Below, piece after piece: positions 7,564 through 17,656 of a stretch of DNA of 64,000 bases. The position numbers and the translations under genes are program-made. The DNA comes from Thermoplasmata archaeon (GTDB taxonomy: Archaea; Thermoplasmatota; Thermoplasmata; RBG-16-68-12; JAJISG01). Numbering within the stretch: position 1 is the first letter of the stretch; the number at the start of each line of letters is the position of its first letter. The notes beneath the pieces are model-generated. The model searched no databases. It saw nothing but the letters and a program-made list of their open reading frames with translations, and was not told the origin of the DNA. The stretch covers positions 992-64,991 of the forward strand of contig JBHIBO010000006.1 of assembly GCA_046759185.1 (NCBI GenBank). The letters are read 5' to 3'.

Positions 7564-9005
7564 TGGACGACCTGGACGACCATCCCCGCCACCATTGTGG
7601 CATCGTGGGGGCCATCGCCAACGGCAACGATGTCGCCTCCGACCTCTTCTACGGGCTCCGGGTCCTTCAGCATCGCGGCCAGGAGTCCGCCGGGCTGGCT
7701 GTCCACAACGGCCAGATCCAGTCCAAGAAGGGCATGGGGCTCGTCCACGAGGTCTTCAACGGCGAGGACATCGTGCGCCTCAAGGGCCAGGTCGGCATCG
7801 GCCATATCCGGTACTCCACCGAGGGCGCCTCCGCGCTGGAGAACGCGCAGCCCATCGTGGCCAGCTCCATCGCGGGTGACATCGCCCTGGCCCACAACGG
7901 CGAGGTGGTGAACGCCCCCGAGCTGCGCCGGGAACTGCAACAGAAGGGGTGGGCCTTCATTACCAGCACGGACTCGGAGGTTATCGTCCGCCTCCTCGCC
8001 CATGAGATCATCCAGACCCGGGACGTGAACCAGGCGCTCCGGGAATTCACCAGCAAGCTCGTGGGATCCTACTCCCTGGTCCTCCTCGTGGGCGACCGCC
8101 TTTTCGCCATCCGCGACCCCATGGCCGTCCGACCCCTCTGTTACGGGCGGAAGAACGGCGAGCACATTGTCGCGAGCGAGAGCGTCGTCTTCGACACCCT
8201 GGGTGCGAAGTTCATCCGCGACCTTCGACCGGGCGAGATTCTCGAGCTGACCACGGAGGGGGTCCACTCCACCCGCCTCCCTCACCCCACGAACACGGCC
8301 CACTGCATGTTCGAGTGGGTCTACTTTTCCCGGCCCGACAGCGTCCTGGACGGCCGCCTGGTCTACGACGTCCGCGTGAAGATCGGGCGGGAGCTGGCAG
8401 CGGACCACCGGGTCGAGGCGGACATGGTCGTACCCATCCCGGACTCGGGACGCGCCCATGCCTTCGGCTACGCGGAGACGGCCGGGCTTCCGTTGGTGGA
8501 GGGACTCATCAAGAACCGCTACATCGAGCGCACGTTCATCCTCCCCAACCAGGCGGATCGGGACGTGGGCGTGCACCTGAAGCTGAATGCCGTCCGCTCC
8601 TTGCTCCAGGGCAAGCGGGTCATCCTCGTGGACGACAGCATCGTTCGGGGGACTACCATGAAGAAGATCGTGGGCTTGGTGCGCGAGGCCGGGGCCCATG
8701 AGGTGCACGTGCGCATCGGATGCCCGCCCATTCGGGCGCCCTGCTACATGGGCATCGACATGAAGACCCGCCACCAGTTTGCGGCCAACGGCCGCGAGGT
8801 CGAGGAGATTCGCCAGCGGCTCGGAGCCGACACCCTGGGCTACCTCTCCATCCCCGGGCTCGTTCGCGCCATCGGGATGGGAGAGGCGGACATCTGCACG
8901 GGCTGCCTGACAGGCGAGTACCCGGTTCAGATCCCCGGCGAGAGGATGCGGCCTCAGAGGAGGTTGGACCTCTTCCTTCCCTCCCAACAGGCGAAAGCGA
9001 GGTAG
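7563..9005 (+). CDS. purF: Amidophosphoribosyltransferase
   Basis: Propeptide then CGIVG; LQHRGQESAG; GHIRYST; CMFEWVYFSRPDS; PRPP motif VDDSIVRGTT; Fe-S Cys. Confidence 0.97.
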   Translation: MDDLDDHPRHHCGIVGAIANGNDVASDLFYGLRVLQHRGQESAGLAVHNGQIQSKKGMGLVHEVFNGEDIVRLKGQVGIGHIRYSTEGASALENAQPIVASSIAGDIALAHNGEVVNAPELRRELQQKGWAFITSTDSEVIVRLLAHEIIQTRDVNQALREFTSKLVGSYSLVLLVGDRLFAIRDPMAVRPLCYGRKNGEHIVASESVVFDTLGAKFIRDLRPGEILELTTEGVHSTRLPHPTNTAHCMFEWVYFSRPDSVLDGRLVYDVRVKIGRELAADHRVEADMVVPIPDSGRAHAFGYAETAGLPLVEGLIKNRYIERTFILPNQADRDVGVHLKLNAVRSLLQGKRVILVDDSIVRGTTMKKIVGLVREAGAHEVHVRIGCPPIRAPCYMGIDMKTRHQFAANGREVEEIRQRLGADTLGYLSIPGLVRAIGMGEADICTGCLTGEYPVQIPGERMRPQRRLDLFLPSQQAKAR

Positions 9006-9062
9006 CTACGCCTTTACTGCCCCGACGGAATCCTTATTGGGCTCTCGCCGTTGGACGGTTGG

Positions 9063-9488
9063 ATGCGGAGCCTCGAGGACATCTTCGGCGACACCCTGTT
9101 TCTGGGCGCCACCCGCGGCTTGAAGCGAGACGAGGAACGCCTGTGGATGATTGCCGAACACTTGGAGGAGGACGAGACGGCCTTGGCCTTCCTCTCCCTC
9201 AGGACCGGCAACCTCCTGCTCACGCCGAAACGGGTGTTAGAGTTGAAGCCCCATCTGGACGTGGGCGGCATGTGGAACGTCCTTCGCTTCGAGGGCTACG
9301 CGGTCACTGCAGAGGAAGAACTGCGATACATCCAGCGAGTCCATGTCGAGGCGTCCCGGGGAGGCGGCAGACTTGGGCTCGAGACCCGGTCCGGTGAGCG
9401 AGAGTGGTCGGTTCCAGCGGCTTCCTCCTCGAAGGATCCGTCGAGCAACGCAAGGGCCTTCGCTGATCGCATTTTGGAGAGGCTCTAG
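9063..9488 (+). CDS. Hypothetical protein (possibly PH-like fold)
   Basis: Plausible composition; G.L.LT.KRV.. motif typical of bacterial PH-like domains; own promoter-like AT stretch. Confidence 0.55.
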   Translation: MRSLEDIFGDTLFLGATRGLKRDEERLWMIAEHLEEDETALAFLSLRTGNLLLTPKRVLELKPHLDVGGMWNVLRFEGYAVTAEEELRYIQRVHVEASRGGGRLGLETRSGEREWSVPAASSSKDPSSNARAFADRILERL

Positions 9489-9550
9489 TGCGGACCACAC
9501 CGTTCTGGGCTGCGGAAGGTTAAAGCTCGGGGACCCATGGCGAGAAGCTG

Positions 9551-9937
9551 ATGGAAGAGCGCGTCTTGGTCTTCGACTTGACGAACACACCGCCCAAGCA
9601 ACGCGTCAACCACGCCCACATCCGCGAAGATCTCGTCGCACTGCATGCTCATCCGGTGGAGAAGGAGCCCGGCATCCTGGAGGGAGTGGTCCTTCACCGG
9701 AGAGACTTCACCCTGGTGATGACCGTGAACTACCGGAAGCAAGAGGAAACCCTGGAGTTCGACGGGTCGCGGGGGACTACCGTCACGTCCGCGGACGTCG
9801 GCATCGGCTCCGTGGTCTTCACGTACCGCGAGGGTGAGAAGAAGGCCAAGGATGAGGTGTCGGTCCTCTCTCTGCGGCAACTCGACAGTCGCCTCCGTCG
9901 CCGCGTCCGGGATGTCCGCGAACGCGACTCCCCCTAG
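9551..9937 (+). CDS. Hypothetical protein
   Basis: 128-aa ORF ~25 nt after AAGGTTAAAG TATA-like box; genome-typical codon use. Confidence 0.65.
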   Translation: MEERVLVFDLTNTPPKQRVNHAHIREDLVALHAHPVEKEPGILEGVVLHRRDFTLVMTVNYRKQEETLEFDGSRGTTVTSADVGIGSVVFTYREGEKKAKDEVSVLSLRQLDSRLRRRVRDVRERDSP

Positions 9938-10003
9938 GCAGAAAGAAATGGATCCTCGCGGCGGATGAAAGGGTTTTATCAGGAGCCCCTCATCGATGGA
10001 TCA

Positions 10004-10076
10004 GGGCCGGTAGATCAGTTGGAAGATCGCCACCTTGGCATGGTGGAGGCCGTGGGTTCAAATCCCACCCGGTCCA
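10004..10076 (+). tRNA. tRNA-Ala(GGC)
   Basis: GGGCCGG/CCGGTCC-A acceptor with G3:U70; CCACC-TT-GGC-AT-GGTGG; GTGGG-TTCAAAT-CCCAC; TTTTAT promoter upstream. Confidence 0.95.
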
Positions 10077-10089
10077 CTTCATCGCTCTC

Positions 10090-11052
10090 TCAAATGGTCT
10101 GTTCCAGCCGATCCAGGACTTGAAGACCCCTGAGTGTGATCATCTTGCTTGGCGCCCCCGGCGCCTCGAGGGAGAAGGGGGTGGGCCTCTTCTTCGGATT
10201 CTTCAGAAGCCAGTTCGCATAGCCTCCTTCGACGTCTGGATGCACGGCATCCAGGTTCCACGTGCCGTCCGCACGCCGCTGCTCTTGAAGCCAGCCCACA
10301 GCGAACTCGAGTCGCGGATCGTACCCGTATCCCAAGGCGGTCATGAAGTCGAGTCCCACCAAGAGGTCGTAGTAGTAGTGGTTGGGGTAATGGGAGCGGT
10401 ACCAGGGCTCATACCGAGCCCCCTGTTTGTGGAGTTCCCTCTCCAGGAAGAACTCCGCGCCCTGCTCGACGACGCGGTGCATGCCCGCCGTCCACTTCCG
10501 TCGAGGATAGACGGCGAAGGCACTCAGGCCCTCCCAGGAGTCGAGGTTTCGACCCGTCCCGAAACAGTTCCACCCACCCTTCGGGTCCGCGCGGTCGACG
10601 AGCCACTCGAAGGCACTCCGAACTCGTGGTTCGTCTACATAACCAAAGCGAACGAGGGCCCGGGCGGTGTTGCCCGTGATGCACAGATGACCGACCCTCA
10701 TATTGTCGGCACCGAAGCCGCCGTCCTTCTTCGCGAAGCGGTCCATCCACATCTGACAGGCCTTGTCGATCCGAGGATCTGACGTCGTCAAGCCTAGATC
10801 CGACAGGACGAGCAACATCCAGTTGGTAGAGGTGTACTTGGGTCGATAGAGACTCTCCTGGGCGACCCACCAGCCGCCCGCCTCCTGCTGGTCGAGGATG
10901 GCGGCGGCCCATCCCTCGACGCCGATCCTCTCCTTCGCGGATTGTACCTCGCCATCATCCTCCGATTGCCCCCGAATCTGCGTGAGCGCGAGGTATCGGA
11001 TGGAGGGTTCGCCCTCCTCCAGCAACCACTCCAGGGCTGAATCGAACCCCAT
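10090..11052 (-). CDS. Prenyltransferase/squalene-cyclase-repeat (alpha/alpha barrel) protein
   Basis: LEWLLE...PSIRY, Q..DG.W/F-type repeats (QQEAGGWW, KKDGGF, DPKGGWNC, RRADGTW), YYYDLL.GLD, PSKMITLR. Confidence 0.7.
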   Translation of the reverse strand: MGFDSALEWLLEEGEPSIRYLALTQIRGQSEDDGEVQSAKERIGVEGWAAAILDQQEAGGWWVAQESLYRPKYTSTNWMLLVLSDLGLTTSDPRIDKACQMWMDRFAKKDGGFGADNMRVGHLCITGNTARALVRFGYVDEPRVRSAFEWLVDRADPKGGWNCFGTGRNLDSWEGLSAFAVYPRRKWTAGMHRVVEQGAEFFLERELHKQGARYEPWYRSHYPNHYYYDLLVGLDFMTALGYGYDPRLEFAVGWLQEQRRADGTWNLDAVHPDVEGGYANWLLKNPKKRPTPFSLEAPGAPSKMITLRGLQVLDRLEQTI

Positions 11053-11145
11053 GACGCCCGTCCCCGACCGCGGTACGTCCTCGGCCCTTAAACCCACACG
11101 CCCAGAACCGAAACGCACAAGGCCAATCACGATTCTGACGCCGCA

Positions 11146-11427
11146 ATGAGCTTCCTTGACGTGGAGACGTGGGAACGAATCCGGATCGCCAACCAGGTGC
11201 TGCAGACGCTCTGGGACTATTTGGAGAGCCGGGGCGCGAACGTGGACCAGCCCCAGGCCGATCCCGGCCTTGCCGGAGCCCTGTACTGGGTGGGCCAATG
11301 CAGTCGAGAGAGGACAGAGGGGATCGCCACGGAGAAGCTCGATGGGGTCATTTGGGATCCCCGGCAGGCCGGCTGGGTCTGCGAGCGGCATCTCCTTGGT
11401 GCCAGTGAGGGGACAGGCGCGGAATAG
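11146..11427 (+). CDS. Hypothetical protein, possible metal-binding (C...CERH)
   Basis: 93-aa ORF divergent from previous gene; Cys/His cluster near C-terminus. Confidence 0.45.
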   Translation: MSFLDVETWERIRIANQVLQTLWDYLESRGANVDQPQADPGLAGALYWVGQCSRERTEGIATEKLDGVIWDPRQAGWVCERHLLGASEGTGAE

Positions 11428-11463
11428 CGCGAACATAGGTTACCTGTATAAGTATATCAAGAC

Positions 11464-11874
11464 GTGAGCGTCTTCGCGTTTGTGGGCCGACGGAAGGGCG
11501 CGAGAACCCGACCCACGGAACTCCGTATCGCCGCGGTTCGTCTGGTCCGCTCAGGTGTCGCGCAGTGCCGCGTCGCGGAGGCATTCGATGTGGATCCGTC
11601 CACCGTCTCTCGCTGGTGTCGTCTGGCACGGACGGGGGGTCTCAATGCGCTGGCCCGTCGCCCCGTCACGGGGCGGCCTCGGAAGGTCTCGGACCAGGCC
11701 TTGCGGGAATTACCTCTCCTACTCGCCGATGACCCCTCCACACACGGGCTCCCGGGTCATCGATGGAACCTCTCCCTGGTGACTGAGCTAATCATGCAAC
11801 GATATGGGGTGAGGTACCACCCGTCCCATGTGGGGAGGCTTCTGCGTTCTCTCCGTGTTGAATTGATTAACTAA
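11464..11874 (+). mobile_element. IS630-family transposase N-terminal HTH/winged-helix module only (no DDE domain)
   Basis: VAEAFDVDPSTVSRW...GG..AL......GRP.K, P..HG.....W....V..LI...YGV.YH..HV.RLL..L; stops before the catalytic domain. Confidence 0.7.
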
Positions 11875-11923
11875 TGCAGACCTGCGCAAGGAAGAAGTAC
11901 CCCCTGGGGGCGTCGGCACCCTT

Positions 11924-12625
11924 ATGATGACCCAGAAACATCGGAGGGAAGTGCAAGCCCGTCTATTCAAGGCCATCGAGGAGGGGGATGTGGAAGCCGT
12001 GGTGGAGCTCTTCGAGATTGATCCGGACCTCGTATCGGGGTCGAACTCCGAGGGGGCGAGTCCTCTAATCTGGGCGGCGTACTACCGGCGAGGCAAAATC
12101 GTCGATCTTCTCATGGAGCACGGTGCCCGACCCGACATCTTCGAGGCATCGGCCCTGGATCTCAACGATCGCGTGCGGGACCTCCTGGAATCTGACCGAA
12201 CGTTGGTCGATCGCTACAGCTTCGATGGATGGACTCCTCTTCACTTGGCGGCCCACTTCGGGAGTGTGGATGTCCTACGCACCCTCCTGGCGACCGGCGC
12301 CAGTCACCAGGCCGTCTCCCGCAACAGCAACGGGAACCAACCGTTGCAGGCGGCAGCGGCGGGGCGTCAGGTCGAGGCGGTAACCCTTCTCTTGCGGGTC
12401 GGAGCCGACCCGGACGCTCGTAGCGAGGGCGGCTTCACGGCCCTCCACTCTGCAGCGGCCAGCGGCGACGTGGAGTTGACTCGGACCCTGCTTGAAGCCG
12501 GCGCAACGGTCGACGTCAGGGCTGACGGGGGGAAGACCCCCTTGGAGCTGGCCATCGAGGCGAATCACACGGCCATCGTGGACCTCCTCGAGGCCGCGCA
12601 GGATGGGCTATGGAACGGCACCTAG
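11924..12625 (+). CDS. Ankyrin-repeat protein
   Basis: Repeated G.TPLH.AA..G..E.V..LL..GAD motifs (GWTPLHLAA, GNQPLQAAA, GFTALHSAA, GKTPLELA). Confidence 0.92.
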   Translation: MMTQKHRREVQARLFKAIEEGDVEAVVELFEIDPDLVSGSNSEGASPLIWAAYYRRGKIVDLLMEHGARPDIFEASALDLNDRVRDLLESDRTLVDRYSFDGWTPLHLAAHFGSVDVLRTLLATGASHQAVSRNSNGNQPLQAAAAGRQVEAVTLLLRVGADPDARSEGGFTALHSAAASGDVELTRTLLEAGATVDVRADGGKTPLELAIEANHTAIVDLLEAAQDGLWNGT

Positions 12626-12761
12626 ATCTGCCTCCAACGCGAAGGAGGGGCAACGGTGAGTCAGTGGCCGGGCAAAGCCTTTAGGGGCCAACAGCCTCCG
12701 ATCCGCGGGGAGGGGACCGGTCCGACTCGAAGGACCGAGGCACCCCCAGGCGGATGATCCC

Positions 12762-13043
12762 ATGAAGACAGTGGTTGATGGTCCTCTCGGCAGCAATGAA
12801 GTGAAAGGCCTCAAACAGATCAAAGACAGGATTCGAGAGCTCCACGCGCAATTCTCGGAACTAGAGGACGGGCTGCGGAAGTTCCTCCCGAATTTTAAGG
12901 AGTGGACCATCCGCCCGGTCGATCTGAAGCCCGTTTGGTGGAACTTCGAGGAGCTATACAAGGCGGACTACCACGGGACGGACAATGAACTGTACGAGGT
13001 CATCGTGTCGCCCGAGGGGAAGCTGCAAGTAACCCAGCTCTAG
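12762..13043 (+). CDS. Hypothetical protein
   Basis: 93-aa ORF with protein-like composition, promoter-like AAAGCCTTTAG upstream. Confidence 0.55.
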   Translation: MKTVVDGPLGSNEVKGLKQIKDRIRELHAQFSELEDGLRKFLPNFKEWTIRPVDLKPVWWNFEELYKADYHGTDNELYEVIVSPEGKLQVTQL

Positions 13044-13131
13044 CCCTGCCTGCGATGGGCATCGCATCGCACACAGTCGCCTTCTTGGCTCATAACGGCA
13101 TCCGACGAGTCCGGGTCCACGGAGGCGCCCC

Positions 13132-13995
13132 ATGGTCGAAATCTGGCTCTTCTTTGCGTTGGGAGCGACCCTTGTATGGGGCCTGGGACAGATCGCCGCC
13201 AAGCAGGGGGTAGGTCGCCTCGGTCCGAGGAAGATGGCAGCCGTGGTTGCGCTTGGGGAGGCCGGGGTCTTCCTCGCGGCCTACGTGGCTTCCGGCACCC
13301 CAGCCCTGGGGGGGAGTCGAGGCATTCTCCTCGGCCTGGCCGCCGGGATTACAGGGATGCTGGGCTTCGTCACATACTATGAGACCATCGCCCGGGGAAC
13401 CATCTCGCGGGTGGGTACGATCATTGCGGCCTACCCGGCTATCACCGTCATCCTGGCCCTGATCTTTCTCGGCGAATCCATCACGCCGACCCAGGGCCTG
13501 GGCGTCGTGTTGCTCTTGAGCTCTGCCGTTCTTCTGGGAAGGACCGAGCAGCAGACCTCCGGGGCAGGTGGACGGGCTCTGACCCTCATGGTTCTCGTGT
13601 CGTTCCTTCTGTGGGGCGTCTGGGGATTCATGGTGAAGGTCGCCGTGACCGAGTTGGGTGAGGGGTCGACCTTCTTCTATTTCGCCGTATCCAACGTCCT
13701 CGTGGCCTTCCCCCTCTTGTTGTTCGTTCGGGTACGGGGGTCACGGCCGTTCGTGGCTGACCGGCGCCACCTAGCGTGGCCGCTGCTGACGATCCTGATG
13801 GGGTCCAGTGGGGTAATCCTAATGACGCTAGCCTTCGTTGATGGCCCCGCGACCTTGGTCGCCGCATTGACGGGGGCCTATCCCGTCGTCACCGTTCTGG
13901 CAGCCGCGACACTCCTCCACGAGCGCTTTCGTACGGTGGACATCCTTGCCGTGGCCGCCTTCGTGGTGGGACTCCTCGCCGTGGCTCTGGTCTAG
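13132..13995 (+). CDS. EamA/DMT family transporter
   Basis: Two ~140-aa repeats, 10 TM helices, G..S.V..I...YP.ITV.LA..FLGE motif. Confidence 0.9.
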   Translation: MVEIWLFFALGATLVWGLGQIAAKQGVGRLGPRKMAAVVALGEAGVFLAAYVASGTPALGGSRGILLGLAAGITGMLGFVTYYETIARGTISRVGTIIAAYPAITVILALIFLGESITPTQGLGVVLLLSSAVLLGRTEQQTSGAGGRALTLMVLVSFLLWGVWGFMVKVAVTELGEGSTFFYFAVSNVLVAFPLLLFVRVRGSRPFVADRRHLAWPLLTILMGSSGVILMTLAFVDGPATLVAALTGAYPVVTVLAAATLLHERFRTVDILAVAAFVVGLLAVALV

Positions 13996-14029
13996 GGTGC
14001 GCCCGAAGCGGAAGCCCCTCGAGGCAGGG

Positions 14030-14863
14030 TCACAGAAGCCCACCCACGAAACGGAACACGAGGGCCGCGGAGAGGAGGGTCACGGCAGCGACCGACACGG
14101 CCACGTCCCCAGGACGAACCACCAAGTCGACGCTGTTGGTCCTCGTGGGGTAGGCGAAGGTTGCGCGAGCCTCCAAAGCCTCCCCGAGTCGCACCGAGCG
14201 ACGGAGAACGCTGACGAAGAGGGGGAGAAGAAGGGGCATCACAGCACGCCATCGACGTCGGAGGGGTCCTCCCGTCTCGAGGTCCAAGCCCCGCGCCATC
14301 TGCGCCTCGCGAATCCGTCGGGCCTCGTCGGCGAGGATGGGGATAAACCGGAAGGCCAGACTCAGGGTCAGGACGAAAAAGTAGGGGGCCCGGAGGGAAA
14401 GGAGGAGACCCTCCACATCGTCGAGACTCGTCGTTAGGAAGAAAACGCTCGCCGTGACAAGCATGAGGACGATGCGCGCATAGACCACGAGGCTGAAGAG
14501 AAGGGCTTCCCGAGTTATTGCCAGTTCCCCCAACAGGGGCGTCCCCGGGGGGGTCAGAGAGAGAATTACCGCTGCCTGTCCCGGCGGATAGGTGTAGATG
14601 GAGTGTAGGAAAGCGTTGAGGGGCACCAGGAAGAGGGCAAGGAGCGCATAGATACGAAGGGACCCCACCAAGGCACCTCCGACGCGACCCACTGCGATCA
14701 GGATGCCGAGGGGCAGGAGGACGACCAGAACCGCCCGAAGGTCCATCCACAGCCACAGAAAGAGAATGAGGGACGCGACAACGACGAGCTTTGCGCGTGG
14801 GTCAAGGCGATGGAGGGGCGTCTCGCCTTTCCGGTAGCGAAAAGCCGCCAGCGGGTCACTCAT
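14030..14863 (-). CDS. ecfT: ECF transporter T component
   Basis: LHRLDPRAKL, RFIP.LADEA.RI.EAQMARG, EALEAR (two Ala-Arg motifs). Confidence 0.9.
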   Translation of the reverse strand: MSDPLAAFRYRKGETPLHRLDPRAKLVVVASLILFLWLWMDLRAVLVVLLPLGILIAVGRVGGALVGSLRIYALLALFLVPLNAFLHSIYTYPPGQAAVILSLTPPGTPLLGELAITREALLFSLVVYARIVLMLVTASVFFLTTSLDDVEGLLLSLRAPYFFVLTLSLAFRFIPILADEARRIREAQMARGLDLETGGPLRRRWRAVMPLLLPLFVSVLRRSVRLGEALEARATFAYPTRTNSVDLVVRPGDVAVSVAAVTLLSAALVFRFVGGLL

Positions 14864-15675
14864 GCGGACCCTCTCAGGTGCCCACTCACCTCCCGGTAAA
14901 GGCGGGAACTTGGGTCGATGCCCCGCTCCTCCATGAGGGCGAGCAGGCGAGGAATCTCCGGTGGGTGGAGTCCCGCCTCGGCCAGGGACGGATGGGCGAA
15001 GACCTCCGCCGTTCTCCCCTCGAGGAACACGCGTCCTCGTCTCAGGATCACGACCCGATCGCTGGACTCGTAGGCGAACTCCAAGTCGTGGGTTATGAAG
15101 ACAACTGTCTTGTCCTCCTGGGTGAGGGTCCGAGCAATCGTGGCCAGGTGTCGCTTCCTCCCGTAGTCCATCCCCTTCGTGGGCTCATCGAGCAGGAGGA
15201 CAGCGGGTTGAAGGACAAAGCTCGAAGCGAGAGCCACACTCTTTCGTTCCCCTCCGCTTAAGGCGGCCGGGAGGCGGTGGCGCGCCTTCCATAGGTCAAA
15301 CCGACGTAGCTCGGTCTCCACCCGCTCCTCCACTTCCGGCGGCGGTTGACCTAAGTTTCGTGGTCCAAAGGCCACCTCATCCCGAACGCGTTCCAGGAAG
15401 ATCTGGTGGTCGGGGTTCTGAAACACAAGCCCGACGTCCCTGGTAATCTCGTGTGTCGTGAGTTGCGAGGTGTCCCTGCCCTCGAGCCAGATGGTACCCT
15501 GCGTGGGCCTGAGCAACCCAAGGAGGAGCCGCGCAAGTGTGGTCTTCCCCGAGCCGTTCTCACCTAAGAGCGCGACCCGCTCCCCGGGAAGGAAGTCGAG
15601 GGTCAGGCCTCGAATGGCCTCAACACCGTTGGGGTAGGCATAGTGCACATCACGAAGACTAAGCAGTGGTCTCAA
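14860..15675 (-). CDS. ECF transporter ATPase (A')
   Basis: GENGSGKT, VFQNPDHQ, LSGGE, LLDEPT.G.D, ITHD. Confidence 0.9.
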   Translation of the reverse strand: MRPLLSLRDVHYAYPNGVEAIRGLTLDFLPGERVALLGENGSGKTTLARLLLGLLRPTQGTIWLEGRDTSQLTTHEITRDVGLVFQNPDHQIFLERVRDEVAFGPRNLGQPPPEVEERVETELRRFDLWKARHRLPAALSGGERKSVALASSFVLQPAVLLLDEPTKGMDYGRKRHLATIARTLTQEDKTVVFITHDLEFAYESSDRVVILRRGRVFLEGRTAEVFAHPSLAEAGLHPPEIPRLLALMEERGIDPSSRLYREVSGHLRGSA

Positions 15676-16531
15676 GTCCGTCAGGTCGGGTCCTCCCGTA
15701 CCGAATGAGCTCTTCGAGCAGGTCCTCCGATGTCAGCGGACACGGGCCATCAATGCCTCCCAATGCAAGATGGCGCCACACCTGAATCGGCGTAGGTATC
15801 TCGATGCCCAACCCGTCCAGCTCCGGCCGGGCCATAACCTCCTTCGGGGGACCGTCAAAGGCGACACGCCCCTGGTCGAGGACAACGAGGCGATCGACGA
15901 TTCGAAGCACATCTGCAAGGCGGTGATCTGTGAGGACGACGGTCCGCTCGGAACTCCGAGCGAGTCCCTCGACTGCCCGAAGAATCTCCTGACGTCCTCG
16001 GGGATCCAGCTCAGAGGCAGGCTCGTCGAGTAGCAGGATACGGGGGCGCATGGCGATGATGCTTGCGAGTGCCAAGCGCTGCATCTCGCCGCCGCTCAGC
16101 TCGACCACCTCCCGGTCCTTCAAGTCGCCAAGCCCCATCGCCTCCAGGGCCTCATCCACCCTCTCATCGATCACATCCCTGGGCAACCCTAGATTCTCCA
16201 GCCCAAAGGCGACGTCCCGTCGCACGCGGGAAGCGACAATCTGGTCCTCGGGCGACTGGAAGACGGTTCCGACGAAGGTCGCTACGCGGTTCGGCCGTAG
16301 GCTGAGGACGTCGTTGCCCAACACCCTGGCAACCCCCCGAGCCTCCCCCTCGTAGAAATCGAGAAGGAGACCGTTGATTGCACGCAGGAGGGTCGACTTC
16401 CCAGAGCCCGTGGGACCCGTTACCAGAACGACCTGCCCCGCTGAGACTCGGAAGTCGACGTTGTCCAGGGCCCACGTCGACGACGTTTGATACCGGAAGC
16501 TCAGGCCCTGCACCTCGATGGCTGCGACCAT
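15659..16531 (-). CDS. ECF transporter ATPase (A)
   Basis: GPTGSGKST, VFQSPEDQI, LSGGEMQR, LLDEPASELD. Confidence 0.9.
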   Translation of the reverse strand: MVAAIEVQGLSFRYQTSSTWALDNVDFRVSAGQVVLVTGPTGSGKSTLLRAINGLLLDFYEGEARGVARVLGNDVLSLRPNRVATFVGTVFQSPEDQIVASRVRRDVAFGLENLGLPRDVIDERVDEALEAMGLGDLKDREVVELSGGEMQRLALASIIAMRPRILLLDEPASELDPRGRQEILRAVEGLARSSERTVVLTDHRLADVLRIVDRLVVLDQGRVAFDGPPKEVMARPELDGLGIEIPTPIQVWRHLALGGIDGPCPLTSEDLLEELIRYGRTRPDGLETTA

Positions 16532-16538
16532 GGCGACG

Positions 16539-17182
16539 TCACCCCTTCCCCCATACCAACCAGGACGGTCGAAGGTCCGGCGGAAGGGCCCTCACGATTA
16601 GGTAGGCAGGCACGATGTTGATTACACCCTGCACCGCGTTGAAGATTCCGATGGGCAACAGGAGGTCGAGGACCAAGGCCTCCGGCAGCCCGCGAAAGAT
16701 TGGCAGGAACACATAGTTAAAGGGAGTCATCGCGGCGACCCTCGCGGCGATCGCAACCGAGGCCGCGAGCGCAAGGACCGCCCAGGTCCCATGGCCGCGC
16801 TTCGCAAGGGTACCACGAAACGCCGCCAGCGTGAGGGCGAGCGGAACCGCTGTGGAGAGTTCGGCGGCGGTCTTGAAAGCGGCCCCGATTGGGTTCCCGC
16901 GGGCGGCGACGGTGAAACCCGCGATGCTCGTGGCGACGATGGCCCCAGCTGGTCCGTAGAGGATGGCCGCGATGACGATGGGAATCCCCACGGGATCGAA
17001 GGAGATGACAGGGAGCAGAGGGAAGGCAACGTCAAGGTTGAGAAGCTCAAGAACGGAAGCGGCTGCGGAAAGCGCGGCGATCCCAGCAATCTCCTTTGGG
17101 GTTGCAGGCCAGGCCGCAGCCTGGCCCCAACGATTGGGTTGTCCTCGGGCCGGGTCTGGACCTCCTCCCGTGCCACGCCCAT
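16539..17182 (-). CDS. ECF transporter S component, RibU/PanT-like; 5' end uncertain (possible frameshift)
   Basis: KEIAGIAALSA...FPLLPVISFDPVGIP...AILYGP motif and LPIGIFN.VQG.IN; nearest good ATG (17182) is in another frame. Confidence 0.7.
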
Positions 17183-17236
17183 GGGGAGAAGTGATAAATA
17201 CGTTCTCGGAGAGCGACCCGTGTGCGTGGAGCAGCA

Positions 17237-17632
17237 ATGCCAGCAGCGGGGGCACTGGCCTTGACCAGTGGGGCTGTGGGAATCGCTGCAGCCCTCCTCT
17301 CCCTTCTCCCTGCCAGCGGCACGGACATGCCAATGCCCCCCGTGATGCCGGCTGGGGCCTTGCCGGGCGTACTTCTCCTGGTCTTCAGCGGCATCATCCT
17401 CGTCAACGGGATCCTTCTCATCGTGGGCACGAGGATTCGGCCCCGTCGGCAGGGAGGACTCATGCTGGTCTACGGCGCCGTCATGATTCTCGTCGGCGTG
17501 CTCATGGCCGCGACCTCAGTGTTTGCCATGCAGATGGCCATTGTTTCAGCCCTAGCCATGTCTGGACTGGGGGGCCTGATGGTCGTATCCGGCATCGTCA
17601 TGTTGGCAGGTAGACCGATGGCCGGAGCATGA
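17237..17632 (+). CDS. Small Met/Gly-rich membrane protein (4 TM)
   Basis: Four hydrophobic segments; fills the gap between the ECF S gene and cofE. Confidence 0.55.
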   Translation: MPAAGALALTSGAVGIAAALLSLLPASGTDMPMPPVMPAGALPGVLLLVFSGIILVNGILLIVGTRIRPRRQGGLMLVYGAVMILVGVLMAATSVFAMQMAIVSALAMSGLGGLMVVSGIVMLAGRPMAGA

Positions 17633-17656
17633 CCGCGAGCTGATCCGAGGAGGATC

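Noticed and set aside
7512..8987. Long antisense ORFs (also 26549-28189, 37074-38642, 3471-4517, 59750-60697)
   Set aside because: Shadow frames of well-supported genes in high-GC DNA; no protein motifs.
12705..12752. GC hairpin in the leader of the 12762 ORF
   Set aside because: Short stems are expected by chance at this GC content; no recognisable motif.
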